Part shown: positions 8,025-17,095 of the stretch, in pieces
Numbering within the stretch: the first letter of the stretch is position 1
How the letters are laid out: each line of letters opens with the position of its first letter
Origin: Moraxella nasicaprae
GTDB lineage: Bacteria; Pseudomonadota; Gammaproteobacteria; Pseudomonadales; Moraxellaceae
DNA length: 32,000 bases
Reading direction: 5' to 3'
Assembly: GCF_025643275.1 (NCBI RefSeq)
Contig: NZ_CP089977.1
Span: 90,001 to 122,000 of the forward strand
Notes under the pieces: generated by a model
Seen by the model: only the letters and a program-made list of their open reading frames with translations
What the model was told of the DNA's origin: nothing
The model's database searches: none
Made by a program: the position numbers and the translations under genes

Positions 8025-9986
8025 ATGAGATTATCAGAATCCCTCATCGAGCAACTCAACAACCAAGCCGACTTGGTTGGCATGATTCGCAAACACACCA
8101 CCTTAAAACCTGCTGGCAAGGAGTTTAAGGGGTGTTGCCCCTTTCATGGTGAAAAAACCCCATCATTCTATGTCAATCCAGAAACCAATCTGTACTACTG
8201 TTTTGGTTGTCAAGCCAAAGGCAACCCCATTACCTTTCTTAAAGAGTTTGAACGCCTAGACTTTATGGAGGCGGTCAAATATTTGTCTGACCAAACAGGC
8301 ATCGAACTGCCCAAAGACGACCAACAGCAACAAAAAGTACGCTACAAAAAAACCCAGCCCACCATCGCACCACCGCCAAACAGCATTGATGATTATGGCT
8401 ATATACCCCCCTCTTCCTATCAAGAAGAACCACCCCCAGCCATCATCGAGCCTGTGGTAGAGCAACAAGGGGATTTGTACACATTGCTTGATAATGTTTG
8501 TCGATATTATCAACATATGCTACATCATAATCCATTGGCAAAACGCTATTTCTTGGAACGGGGCTTGAACGAGGAAACCATTCAAACCTTTCATCTAGGC
8601 TATGCACCAGAGGACTGGAATCACTTAGAAAAAACATTTCCTGCCGACATCGAAGGTCTAAAAATCTTAGGTCTGGTGCGAGATTCCCAAAAAACAGGTA
8701 AAACATTTGACCTGCTACGCCATCGAGTGATTTTTCCGATTAAGGATAATCGTGGGCGGGTTGTTGGCTTTGCAGGTCGTAGCTTGGGCGATGAATTACC
8801 CAAATACATCAATTCATCAGAGTCGCCAGTTTTCCAAAAACAACATATTTTGTATGGCTTTTATGAGGCAAGGCAAGCCAAAGCCAGCCATTATATGATG
8901 GTTGAGGGCTATATGGATGTGATTGCCCTGCATCAAGCAGGCATCTATGGGGCAGTCGCCCCAATGGGAACGGCTGCCAACGAAGGTCAAATCGCCCGCT
9001 TATTACGCCATCACGACAGCCTAACCCTATGTTTTGATGGCGATGCTGCTGGACAAAAGGCTGCTTGGCGAACTCTTGAAATTGCAGCTCCTGTCTTGGC
9101 AGATGGCAAGGAGCTAAAATTTCTCACCCTGCCAAACAATCACGACCCTGACACCTACATTCGTCAGCATGGCAAACAGGCGATGCAACAGCAGATAGAC
9201 CAATCAGTCAGCCTATCTGACTATCTGTATGGTGTTTTGATGAGTCGATTTGATTTAAGTCGCCCTGAGCAAAAAGCCGCCGCTATGGCACAGCTTCGTG
9301 AGCTGACCGCCCTGCTGCCCAAAGGGTCTAGCCTAAAATGGTGGCTAAATAATGATATTTACCAAAAACTTAAAGGCAATCCCACCACAAAAAACCCCTT
9401 GATTGATGCCATTGCCTATGACGCACCACGCATTGATGCCACAACTCAGCTGTGTTTGTGCCTGCTATATTATCCAGAAATCCTAAATCATAATCCCCTA
9501 GAAAGAATCTTGACAGAATCAGGAGTACAGGCTGCACATCAGCCATACCAAAATCATCTTAGCAATCATCAGCTTGCCATACCACCATTACCAACTTGGC
9601 ATAATATCGGCAACCAAACCCTAGCCCAACTGATACAACACATTCATCTGGCGTGGCAGACTGTGGCAGAGTTCGCCCAATGGTCAAGCGATGAACAGGC
9701 ACATTTTATCCTAGCAAGCCTTGATGACGCCAATGCTCGCCATGCTCTCATCAAAGAATCAACAGACTATCTTGCCTCGTTACGACAGCACCCATTGCAA
9801 GACATTTCTTTATTGGTTGATGAATTGATTGGCACCATGATTAAAGAATTTTTGCAAAAAGAACAGGCAGAAAATAAGAATTTGGTGCTTTCAGAAATCA
9901 ATAAAAAACGCTTGCACGCCTTAATGCAATGGGATAGTCAAAAAAATAAAGCCCAAATCGCCACTTTATTGGGCAATTTAGGCTAA
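8025..9986 (+). CDS. dnaG: DNA primase
   Basis: It has the zinc ribbon CCPFHGEKTPSFYVNPETNLYYCFGCQAKGN. Toprim motifs are present (MVEGYMDVIAL, CFDGDAAGQKAA). It also has a C-terminal helicase-interaction region. Confidence 0.93.
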   Translation: MRLSESLIEQLNNQADLVGMIRKHTTLKPAGKEFKGCCPFHGEKTPSFYVNPETNLYYCFGCQAKGNPITFLKEFERLDFMEAVKYLSDQTGIELPKDDQQQQKVRYKKTQPTIAPPPNSIDDYGYIPPSSYQEEPPPAIIEPVVEQQGDLYTLLDNVCRYYQHMLHHNPLAKRYFLERGLNEETIQTFHLGYAPEDWNHLEKTFPADIEGLKILGLVRDSQKTGKTFDLLRHRVIFPIKDNRGRVVGFAGRSLGDELPKYINSSESPVFQKQHILYGFYEARQAKASHYMMVEGYMDVIALHQAGIYGAVAPMGTAANEGQIARLLRHHDSLTLCFDGDAAGQKAAWRTLEIAAPVLADGKELKFLTLPNNHDPDTYIRQHGKQAMQQQIDQSVSLSDYLYGVLMSRFDLSRPEQKAAAMAQLRELTALLPKGSSLKWWLNNDIYQKLKGNPTTKNPLIDAIAYDAPRIDATTQLCLCLLYYPEILNHNPLERILTESGVQAAHQPYQNHLSNHQLAIPPLPTWHNIGNQTLAQLIQHIHLAWQTVAEFAQWSSDEQAHFILASLDDANARHALIKESTDYLASLRQHPLQDISLLVDELIGTMIKEFLQKEQAENKNLVLSEINKKRLHALMQWDSQKNKAQIATLLGNLG

Positions 9987-10080
9987 TCTGTACCGTCAAT
10001 TTCAAATACCAATAGCATCAAGCTTGTGTTAGTGACAAATCGAGCAAACCTACCAAAATAGCTTGACCATCAAGTCAGGC

Positions 10081-10764
10081 TCATAATGCCTGACCACCAA
10101 CCATCACTGCTTGATGAAAGGCGGAGCGACTTTCACAAAGTGCCAGCCAGCGATTGATGTTTGGATAATGAAAAGCTGGCTGACTTTTTTTCGCACCCAG
10201 CACCGAAAAATACAGCATGATGTCCGCCCCCGTCAGTCTCTCATCAACCAGATATGATCTGTTTGTCAAATGGGTTTCCAGCAAAGATAAGGCTTTGGTA
10301 ATGTTGGCGTTTAACAGCATTTTTTCCGCCTCTGCCTTGACTTGCTTGACAATCGGACGAGCAAAAAACGGAGATTTTGTTACTGCCTTTGATAAAATCA
10401 ATTTCATCACCAACGGTGGCATCAATGACCCTTCGGCAAAATGCAGCCAAAAATGATAATCACGCCAGCTATTGATGTCATCTTTTGGCATAAATAATTG
10501 ATTTTTATCATAAAATTTAAGCAAATATTCAATGATGACCGCTGATTCTGCCAGTGTTTGCTCGCCACTGGGCAGTACATCATCAATCAAAATCGGTGCT
10601 TTACCCATCGGGTGAATTTGTTGCAATTCATCAGGAGCAAGAGAATGCTGATTTCTTTGATGGCTGACAAGCTGATAGTCAATGCCGTATTCATTTTTTA
10701 GCTCTTCTAATAGCCAAACAATGCGAAAGGAACGAGATTGAGACAAATGATGTAAAGTAATCAT
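10081..10764 (-). CDS. glutathione S-transferase family protein
   Basis: The N-terminus is MITLHHLSQSRSFRIVWLLEEL, with a thioredoxin-like N-domain (GKAPIL...ESAVIIEYL) and an alpha-helical C-domain. The start at 10764 was chosen by analogy with MITLH-type GSTs. An ATG at 10776 is also possible. Confidence 0.8.
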   Translation of the reverse strand: MITLHHLSQSRSFRIVWLLEELKNEYGIDYQLVSHQRNQHSLAPDELQQIHPMGKAPILIDDVLPSGEQTLAESAVIIEYLLKFYDKNQLFMPKDDINSWRDYHFWLHFAEGSLMPPLVMKLILSKAVTKSPFFARPIVKQVKAEAEKMLLNANITKALSLLETHLTNRSYLVDERLTGADIMLYFSVLGAKKSQPAFHYPNINRWLALCESRSAFHQAVMVGGQAL

Positions 10765-10810
10765 ACAAAGACTCATCAAAAAATTTAATCATGTAGTCAT
10801 GAATATTGAC

Positions 10811-11116
10811 TTAATCAGGCAGGTTCATGCGACTGGTGTCTGGATTTAATCCAAAATAAAACACCACGCTCGCCACCAAGCTATTCACCACGATGAACGC
10901 CCAGTCAAAGCCCTGATGGTGCAATAAAAAATGACCAATCAACGCAGAAACCGCCAACATCACAACAAAACAACCCAACACCAGACTGACGATGGTGCGA
11001 TGTGCTGGCGAGCTAATTTCACCTGATGCTCGCTTGGCTGCAAGCACTTTTTGATTCAGCACAAATCCAATGACATACACCACAGAACCAAGTAATAAAT
11101 ATCCCAAAAAATTCAT
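10811..11116 (-). CDS. small hypothetical inner-membrane protein (3 predicted TM helices)
   Basis: It is a 101-aa ORF with three hydrophobic segments (FLGYLLLGSVVYVIGFVL, IVSLVLGCFVVMLAVSALIGHFLL, AFIVVNSLVASVVFYFGL). I recognise no family. Confidence 0.5.
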   Translation of the reverse strand: MNFLGYLLLGSVVYVIGFVLNQKVLAAKRASGEISSPAHRTIVSLVLGCFVVMLAVSALIGHFLLHHQGFDWAFIVVNSLVASVVFYFGLNPDTSRMNLPD

Positions 11117-11134
11117 AAAATATTCGCTTTTTGA

Positions 11135-11632
11135 CTAATTAGCATGATGAAATTGTTTAGAAAAATTGATAGGTTTGTCATCACAAGGCACTTGATAAAT
11201 GGTATTGACCGCACCAAGCAAATTGACCACATAGCGACTGTCTAGCATTGGATTGGTATTGACTGATGCCTCATGCAGTTGTGCCATTGCCATCACGCCA
11301 TCAGGGCGAGCCAGCACACCCATCACATCGCTTGATGACAACTGAATGGCATTGGTTGAAAAAAACTGCCAACCTTTTGCTTTATCAAGCGATTGCAATG
11401 ATTCTGGCGTATCCCAACCGCCAGTTTGTTCTTTCATCTGCATCACAAATTGATTGTTTTCTTGGGAGATTTTAATTTGTGCTGGCGACTGCTGTTCAAT
11501 GGCATAACAACCATCAAATGTCGCCACCTCTGCCTTATCCACCGACTGTGTTGGAGTAGAATCCTGACAGGCAACCAAAAATATGGTAGTCAGCATGGGC
11601 AAAAGCACATTTTTTAGTCCAAATGATTTCAT
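11135..11632 (-). CDS. hypothetical lipoprotein
   Basis: MKSFGLKNVLLPMLTTIFLVAC is a canonical lipoprotein signal with a lipobox. I preferred this start over the upstream in-frame starts at 11704 and 11755. I recognise no domain. Confidence 0.55.
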   Translation of the reverse strand: MKSFGLKNVLLPMLTTIFLVACQDSTPTQSVDKAEVATFDGCYAIEQQSPAQIKISQENNQFVMQMKEQTGGWDTPESLQSLDKAKGWQFFSTNAIQLSSSDVMGVLARPDGVMAMAQLHEASVNTNPMLDSRYVVNLLGAVNTIYQVPCDDKPINFSKQFHHAN

Positions 11633-11772
11633 AAAGCACCGATTTTTATCATCATTATCGACTATTGTACTTGGAATCAAAAAATTTCGCCAGTTTTTAT
11701 CCATTTTTCCCAACAAAATGCTAGAAAAGACAACATAAGTCAAGTAGAATAACACAAACGGTTATTATTTGA

Positions 11773-12546
11773 ATGTCTATGCCCAGCACCATCTCAACGC
11801 CCCGCTTATCTGTCGTGATGATTGTCAAAAATGAAGCCCATAACTTGGCGGTTTCTCTACCTGCCCTACAAGGATTGGCGGACGAAATCATCATCATGGA
11901 CAGTGGTAGCACTGACAACAGCCAAGACATCGCCCTACAATATGGAGTAAAATGGTTTGTCAATACCGACTGGCAAGGCTTTGGCAAACAAAGACAGCTC
12001 GCCCAATCTTATGCCACAGGCGATTGGATACTGGCACTGGATGCCGATGAAGAGATTACACCTGAATTAAAAAATAGCATTTTAGAAGTTATTAAAAACA
12101 CACCTAATAATACCGTTTATGGATTAAAAAGATTGGACTTTATCGTTGGTCATCAGATCGATAATAAGTATTGGGGTGTCAAATCTTACTGGCGACTCTA
12201 CCCAAGCTCTTATCAATTCAACGACCTATTGGTGCATGAATCATTGGACATTAAAAACGCCAAAACCGTCAGCTTGTCGGGATTTTTGCATCATCACACC
12301 GCCCCAACGATTGAATTTTTATTAAAAAAACGCCTCGACTACGCCAAAACTTGGGCGAATGAAAAGCAACTTAAAGGCAAAAAAGTTGGATTATTTTCAC
12401 TACTTGCCAATCCGATTTGGCAATTTATTCGCCAATATATCGTGGACGGTCGATTTTTGCAGGGCAAATATGGTCTGATTTATTCGATAATTTTTATGCA
12501 ATATACTTTTAATAAATATTTATTATTGTGGCAGGCCAATCGATAA
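11773..12546 (+). CDS. GT2-family glycosyltransferase, WaaE/KdtX/LgtF-like (LPS/LOS core)
   Basis: LSVVMIVKNEAHNLAVSLPALQGLADEIIIMDSGSTDNS and the DXD-type LALDADE motif are typical of this group. The ~255-aa size and the C-terminal amphipathic region (YGLIYSIIFMQYTF) also fit. G+C in a hand-sampled line matches the flanking genes. Confidence 0.75.
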   Translation: MSMPSTISTPRLSVVMIVKNEAHNLAVSLPALQGLADEIIIMDSGSTDNSQDIALQYGVKWFVNTDWQGFGKQRQLAQSYATGDWILALDADEEITPELKNSILEVIKNTPNNTVYGLKRLDFIVGHQIDNKYWGVKSYWRLYPSSYQFNDLLVHESLDIKNAKTVSLSGFLHHHTAPTIEFLLKKRLDYAKTWANEKQLKGKKVGLFSLLANPIWQFIRQYIVDGRFLQGKYGLIYSIIFMQYTFNKYLLLWQANR

Positions 12547-12560
12547 ATAAGCGAACTGTT

Positions 12561-13358
12561 ATGAAAATTTTTATTCTAAATTTGGCACAATCCACCGACA
12601 GATTAGCACAGCAGCAAAAACAATTTGACCAGTTGGGGCTAGACTTTGAGCGACTGCCTGCGGTCAGTGTTGCTGATATTGATGCACCAACTTACCAAAA
12701 ATATCTGACAGCAGGTCAGCGAGTGATGAAACAAACCGAACTTGCTTGTCTATTTAGCCACAAAAAAGCATGGGAGCAGGTCATCAGCCATAATCAGCCT
12801 TGCATCATCTTGGAAGATGATGCTGTGTTGGTGAAAGACTTTGCTAATTTGTTAGCAAATATAAACAACATCAATGAGCCAAACATTGATTTTATCAATC
12901 TTGAAGTACACGGTCGTCAAAAAATAGTTGGCAAAAAACCAGTTGCAACCATCAATGACTATCATCTATACGAGTTATTTTTGGATAAGAGTGGCACAGG
13001 TGGCTACATCATCTATCCAAGTGGTGCAAAAAAACTGCTGGCACAATTTGCACAAAAAGTTGGACTTGCTGACACTTTTATCTATCAATGTCCAGACCTG
13101 CATAAGGTTCAAATTGAACCTGCCGCCCTACTGCAAAGCGACCGCTGTCAAATGTATGGCGTGCCATTTGATGATTATGAACTCAAATCTTTGATTGGCA
13201 CCATCAATAACCAACTGACCATCAAACCAACTTTTTGGCAAAAAATTATTTTGAAAAAAAACCGCATCATCGCTCAGGTTGCACTAGGATTTCGCACATT
13301 ATCCGCCCTATCCAAAGGCGTCAAGCGAGAAATTTTTGTGGATAAAGATAAATTTTAA
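12561..13358 (+). CDS. GT25-family LOS glycosyltransferase (LgtB/LgtE/Lic2B/LpsA-like), paralog A
   Basis: MKIFILNLAQSTDR...FERLPAV, ELACLFSHKKAW, ILEDDAVL and GTGGYIIYPSGAKKLL are hallmarks of family 25. The start was set at the ATG at 12561, just past the upstream stop. Confidence 0.8.
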   Translation: MKIFILNLAQSTDRLAQQQKQFDQLGLDFERLPAVSVADIDAPTYQKYLTAGQRVMKQTELACLFSHKKAWEQVISHNQPCIILEDDAVLVKDFANLLANINNINEPNIDFINLEVHGRQKIVGKKPVATINDYHLYELFLDKSGTGGYIIYPSGAKKLLAQFAQKVGLADTFIYQCPDLHKVQIEPAALLQSDRCQMYGVPFDDYELKSLIGTINNQLTIKPTFWQKIILKKNRIIAQVALGFRTLSALSKGVKREIFVDKDKF

Positions 13359-13372
13359 TCAATGGAACTGTT

Positions 13373-14155
13373 ATGAAACATTATGTCATCAGCCTAAGCA
13401 CCGCCGAGCAAAGACGCACACACATCGACCAAGAGTTTGGCAAACAACGCATTGATTATCAATTTTTTGATGCGGTTACCTTTGATGATATTGAGCAAGT
13501 TTGTCAAACATTAAATTTAAACAACATTCATCATACAACTCATTTGGCAAACAGTGAGAAAGGCTGTTTTTTAAGCCACGCAAGTTTATGGCAAAAAATG
13601 CTTGATGAAGATTTAGAATGGATTGCTATTTTTGAAGATGATGTACATTTGGGTCAAAATACCCATCTGTTTTTAAATGATGATGCGTGGCTGGATACCG
13701 CTTTTCCTTTATTAAAAATAGAGCATTTTTATGAAGAGCTGTCATTGGGCGAGAGTGTTAAATCCATTGACAATCGCCATATTCAGCCTTTATACAGTGC
13801 CAATTTAGGCACGGCAGGCTATATTATTCATCAATCCATTGCCAAAAAGTTATTAGACATTCTAAAAAATAAAACTCCAGAACAACTTGTCGCCATTGAC
13901 CATTTTATGTTTAAAGAAATGATTGAAAAACAGTCATTACCAGTATTTCAATTAAACCCTGCCCTATGCATTCAAAGCGACCGCCTAAATCCAGATACCG
14001 CCTTACAAAGCGACATCAGTGACGAACGCAGACAACGAATGGATAACGAAAAACAACATCGCACTTTATGGCAAAAGATTCGCCGAGAGTTTGGGCGAGT
14101 GTTTGAGCAAGCCAAAAAACAATCCACGCCTCAACAAAAAACACAATTTAGATAA
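13373..14155 (+). CDS. GT25-family LOS glycosyltransferase, paralog B
   Basis: The motifs are MKHYVISLSTAEQRR...YQFFDAV, EKGCFLSHASLW, IFEDDVHL and GTAGYIIHQSIAKKLL. It is strongly diverged from paralog A. Confidence 0.8.
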   Translation: MKHYVISLSTAEQRRTHIDQEFGKQRIDYQFFDAVTFDDIEQVCQTLNLNNIHHTTHLANSEKGCFLSHASLWQKMLDEDLEWIAIFEDDVHLGQNTHLFLNDDAWLDTAFPLLKIEHFYEELSLGESVKSIDNRHIQPLYSANLGTAGYIIHQSIAKKLLDILKNKTPEQLVAIDHFMFKEMIEKQSLPVFQLNPALCIQSDRLNPDTALQSDISDERRQRMDNEKQHRTLWQKIRREFGRVFEQAKKQSTPQQKTQFR

Positions 14156-14167
14156 TGGACAATTTAA

Positions 14168-14845
14168 ATGGATAATTTAGATAACATCACTTTATGCCTA
14201 ACGATTGGTAAGCGTCCAGCCGAACTTGATGAAACTTTGACACATCTATTAGCACGCTTACCTTTTAAGCACATCATCGCCATCAATGACTTTGGCGATG
14301 AGGCGACCAATGACATCTTTAAAAAACACTGCCCCAATGGGACTTTAATCAGTCTTGGATATAATTTGGGTCATCATCGAGCCATTGATTATATGTATGA
14401 TAAGATTACCACTGAATATGTGTTTCATTGTGAAGATGATTGGTTGTTTGATGACACACCAAACATTGACCAATGTTTAAATTTATTGAATAATAATTCT
14501 AACATCAGTTGCGTGGCATTTCGTAAAATTGAAAATTTTTTGTATGACCCTGCCGACCAAGCTCAAATCAAAGTAATCCAAAGCAATGATGGCGACTATG
14601 TGCGAGTGGACCATCTACACGATGAATGGCACGGTTATTCTTTTAATCCACATTTGGCAAAAGTATCATTATGGCGACAATATGCCCCATTTGCCAAATT
14701 CAAAAAAGAACGCCATATTTCACGCCACCTGCGTAAACAGGGGGTGTATATGGCATTTTTTAAACAAGGTTATTGCCATCATATTGGGCATGACAGCGTA
14801 TCCAATCCGCCAAAGAGCTTTTGGCAGAAATTGAAATTTTGGTAG
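14168..14845 (+). CDS. putative GT-A-fold glycosyltransferase, family unassigned (candidate galactofuranosyltransferase)
   Basis: It is a 225-aa ORF inside the glycosyltransferase operon. It has a Rossmann-like start (ITLCLTIGKRP...IIAINDFGDE) and an acidic DXD-like motif (HCEDDWLF). The stop lies 20 nt before glf. The family call is by eye only. Confidence 0.45.
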   Translation: MDNLDNITLCLTIGKRPAELDETLTHLLARLPFKHIIAINDFGDEATNDIFKKHCPNGTLISLGYNLGHHRAIDYMYDKITTEYVFHCEDDWLFDDTPNIDQCLNLLNNNSNISCVAFRKIENFLYDPADQAQIKVIQSNDGDYVRVDHLHDEWHGYSFNPHLAKVSLWRQYAPFAKFKKERHISRHLRKQGVYMAFFKQGYCHHIGHDSVSNPPKSFWQKLKFW

Positions 14846-14865
14846 AAGATGATAGGAAGTGCGTG

Positions 14866-15984
14866 ATGAAAGTTTATGATTATGTGATTGTTGGTAGTGG
14901 TTTATTTGGTACAACCTTTGCTCATGAAATGCACAAGATTGGCAAAAAATGCTTGGTGCTAGAAAAAAGAGACCATATCGCAGGCAATATTTACACCAAA
15001 GAAATAGAGGGCATTCAAGTACATCAATATGGGGCTCACATTTTTCACACCAGTAATCAAATGGTGTGGGAATATGTACAACAATTTGCACAGTTTAATC
15101 ATTATATCAATACGCCTGTGGCTTATTATCAAGGTCAATTATTTAATTTGCCTTTTAATATGAATACATTTTATCAATTATGGGGTACAGTTACCCCAGC
15201 ACAAGCAAAAGCAAAAATCGATGAACAAAGGCAGGCTTATGCCCATCTGACCGAACCAAAAAACCTAGAAGAACAAGCCCTTGTATTGGCAGGTAAAGAC
15301 ATCTATGAAAAACTCATCAAGGGCTACACCGAAAAACAATGGGGCAGACCTGCCACACAAATCCCTGCTTTCATCATTCGCAGACTGCCTTTTCGCTTTA
15401 CTTTTGATAATAATTATTTTCACGACCCTTATCAAGGCATACCCAAAGGTGGATACACCAAATTGGTGGAGAATATGCTGACAGGCATTGAAGTCAAATT
15501 AAATACTGACTATCTGGCAGATAAAGATTATTGGGACAGTTTGGCTGACAAGGTGGTTTATACAGGGAAAATCGATGAATATTTTGACTGCTGTTTTGGG
15601 AGATTGGAGTATCGCAGTCTAAGATTTGAACACGAAACGCTTGATATGGATAATTATCAAGGGAATGCGGTCGTCAACTATACCGAAAGCCACATTCCTT
15701 ATACCAGAATCATCGAGCATAAACATTTTGAGTTTGGCACACAACCCAAAACAGTCATCACTCGTGAATACCCCTTAGAAGCTAACGAAACCAACGAAGC
15801 CTACTATCCCATCAATGATGAAAAAAATCAACGCATTTATGAACAATATCACGAACAAGCCAAACAACTTGACCGAGTGATTTTTGGTGGTCGATTGGCT
15901 GAATATAAATATTATGATATGCATCAAGTGATTGAACGAGCATTGGCGGCGGCAAAAGCAGAGCAGGAGGCTAACAATGATTGA
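14866..15984 (+). CDS. glf: UDP-galactopyranose mutase
   Basis: It has the FAD-binding YDYVIVGSGLFG. Long blocks are essentially identical to E. coli Glf as I recall it: GAHIFHT, LFNLPFNMNTF, IKGYTEKQWGR, FTFDNNYF, YQGIPKGGYTKL, YTRIIEHKHF, VIFGGRLAEYKYYDMHQVI. Confidence 0.95.
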   Translation: MKVYDYVIVGSGLFGTTFAHEMHKIGKKCLVLEKRDHIAGNIYTKEIEGIQVHQYGAHIFHTSNQMVWEYVQQFAQFNHYINTPVAYYQGQLFNLPFNMNTFYQLWGTVTPAQAKAKIDEQRQAYAHLTEPKNLEEQALVLAGKDIYEKLIKGYTEKQWGRPATQIPAFIIRRLPFRFTFDNNYFHDPYQGIPKGGYTKLVENMLTGIEVKLNTDYLADKDYWDSLADKVVYTGKIDEYFDCCFGRLEYRSLRFEHETLDMDNYQGNAVVNYTESHIPYTRIIEHKHFEFGTQPKTVITREYPLEANETNEAYYPINDEKNQRIYEQYHEQAKQLDRVIFGGRLAEYKYYDMHQVIERALAAAKAEQEANND

Positions 15985-17095
15985 TAATAAAATGTTAATC
16001 TTTTTTCCAAGACCACTTAACATCAATGCAGGAGGACCATCTGGCTTTTTGGCTCATAATTTATCAGATAAGCCAAGAGATTGTTTTGTCTTGTCTAATG
16101 ATTTAATGAGTAAAGAGACTTTTTTTGAAAAACAATTGTATAGAATACGAAGATGGATTGATAAATTAAATAATCCAACCGATAATCATAAAGAATATTT
16201 TAAAATTAGAGATAGCTTTAAAAAGATTAACGCATCACAATATAAATATATTTATTTTCATGAAGATATTGATTTTTATTGTGTGCAAGACTTGATTGAT
16301 AAGGAGCAAATTGTCATTTATCAGCCACACACACCACAACTACACTCAGAAGAATTTGCCTGTTATGCACCAGAACATGTAGAAAAAATCAATATGATTA
16401 AAAAAGCAGAAAAAGCTGTTTTTGAGCGTGCTGATATTGTGGTGTTGCCCAATGAATACTGCCAGCCTATTTACCAAACCCTAATCAGCCCTAAAAATAC
16501 ATTTTATTATTTATTAAGCGGGGCAAAAAATAATTATGATAAACCATCGTCAATGATAGACTTGCCACAATCCACCATTAATTTGATGTATATTGGTCGC
16601 AGAAATGAGATTAAGGGTTTTGACATTATTTTAGATAATTTTAGAAAAGCCAGAAAGACGAGGAAAGATATACACCTGTTTATTATTGGCAATGGAGAGA
16701 AAATCGAAGAAGAGGGCATTACTGATATTGGTTTTTCAGACAAGCCTTTGGATTGGTATCACTCGGTGGATTATTTGCTGAATGCCAACAGACAAAGTTA
16801 TTTTGACTTATCCATCATCGAAGCTCTATCCACAGGTGTACCTATTATTATGTCGCATAATTTTGGGCATTATTACTATCAAAACAAATCCCCTTTAATT
16901 ACGACTTATGACATCACACAGCCAGATGCGTTATATCGTATTTTAAATGAGAATTTAACAAAAAGAGACCGTACAATTCATGCAAATCGTGAATTATATG
17001 AGCAAGAATTAACCGATGTACATTATCACATTAGATTACAGCAGTTTTTTCAATATCTCAACACATTTCAATCAATGAACAATCATGATGAATAA
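15977..17095 (+). CDS. GT4-like (GT-B fold, Glycos_transf_1) glycosyltransferase
   Basis: The ATG overlaps the glf stop by 8 nt. The C-terminal half has the retaining GT-B pattern (INLMYIGRRNEIKGFDIIL...HLFIIGNG...SYFDLSIIEALSTGVPII, an E-x7-E-type motif). I could not recognise the N-terminal half. The gene is very A+T-rich. Confidence 0.65.
   Translation: MIDNKMLIFFPRPLNINAGGPSGFLAHNLSDKPRDCFVLSNDLMSKETFFEKQLYRIRRWIDKLNNPTDNHKEYFKIRDSFKKINASQYKYIYFHEDIDFYCVQDLIDKEQIVIYQPHTPQLHSEEFACYAPEHVEKINMIKKAEKAVFERADIVVLPNEYCQPIYQTLISPKNTFYYLLSGAKNNYDKPSSMIDLPQSTINLMYIGRRNEIKGFDIILDNFRKARKTRKDIHLFIIGNGEKIEEEGITDIGFSDKPLDWYHSVDYLLNANRQSYFDLSIIEALSTGVPIIMSHNFGHYYYQNKSPLITTYDITQPDALYRILNENLTKRDRTIHANRELYEQELTDVHYHIRLQQFFQYLNTFQSMNNHDE

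Noticed and set aside
13254-13261. Homopolymer tracts inside glycosyltransferase genes as phase-variation switches (A8 at 13254-13261, A7 at 13028-13034, T7 at 16121-16127, 18077-18083 and 18454-18460)
   Set aside because: The tracts are short (8 nt or less) and are A/T runs expected by chance in A+T-rich DNA. They are not concentrated near 5' ends. I saw no tetranucleotide or longer poly-G/C repeats of the kind that drive LOS phase variation in Haemophilus or Neisseria. This cannot be excluded without population sequencing.
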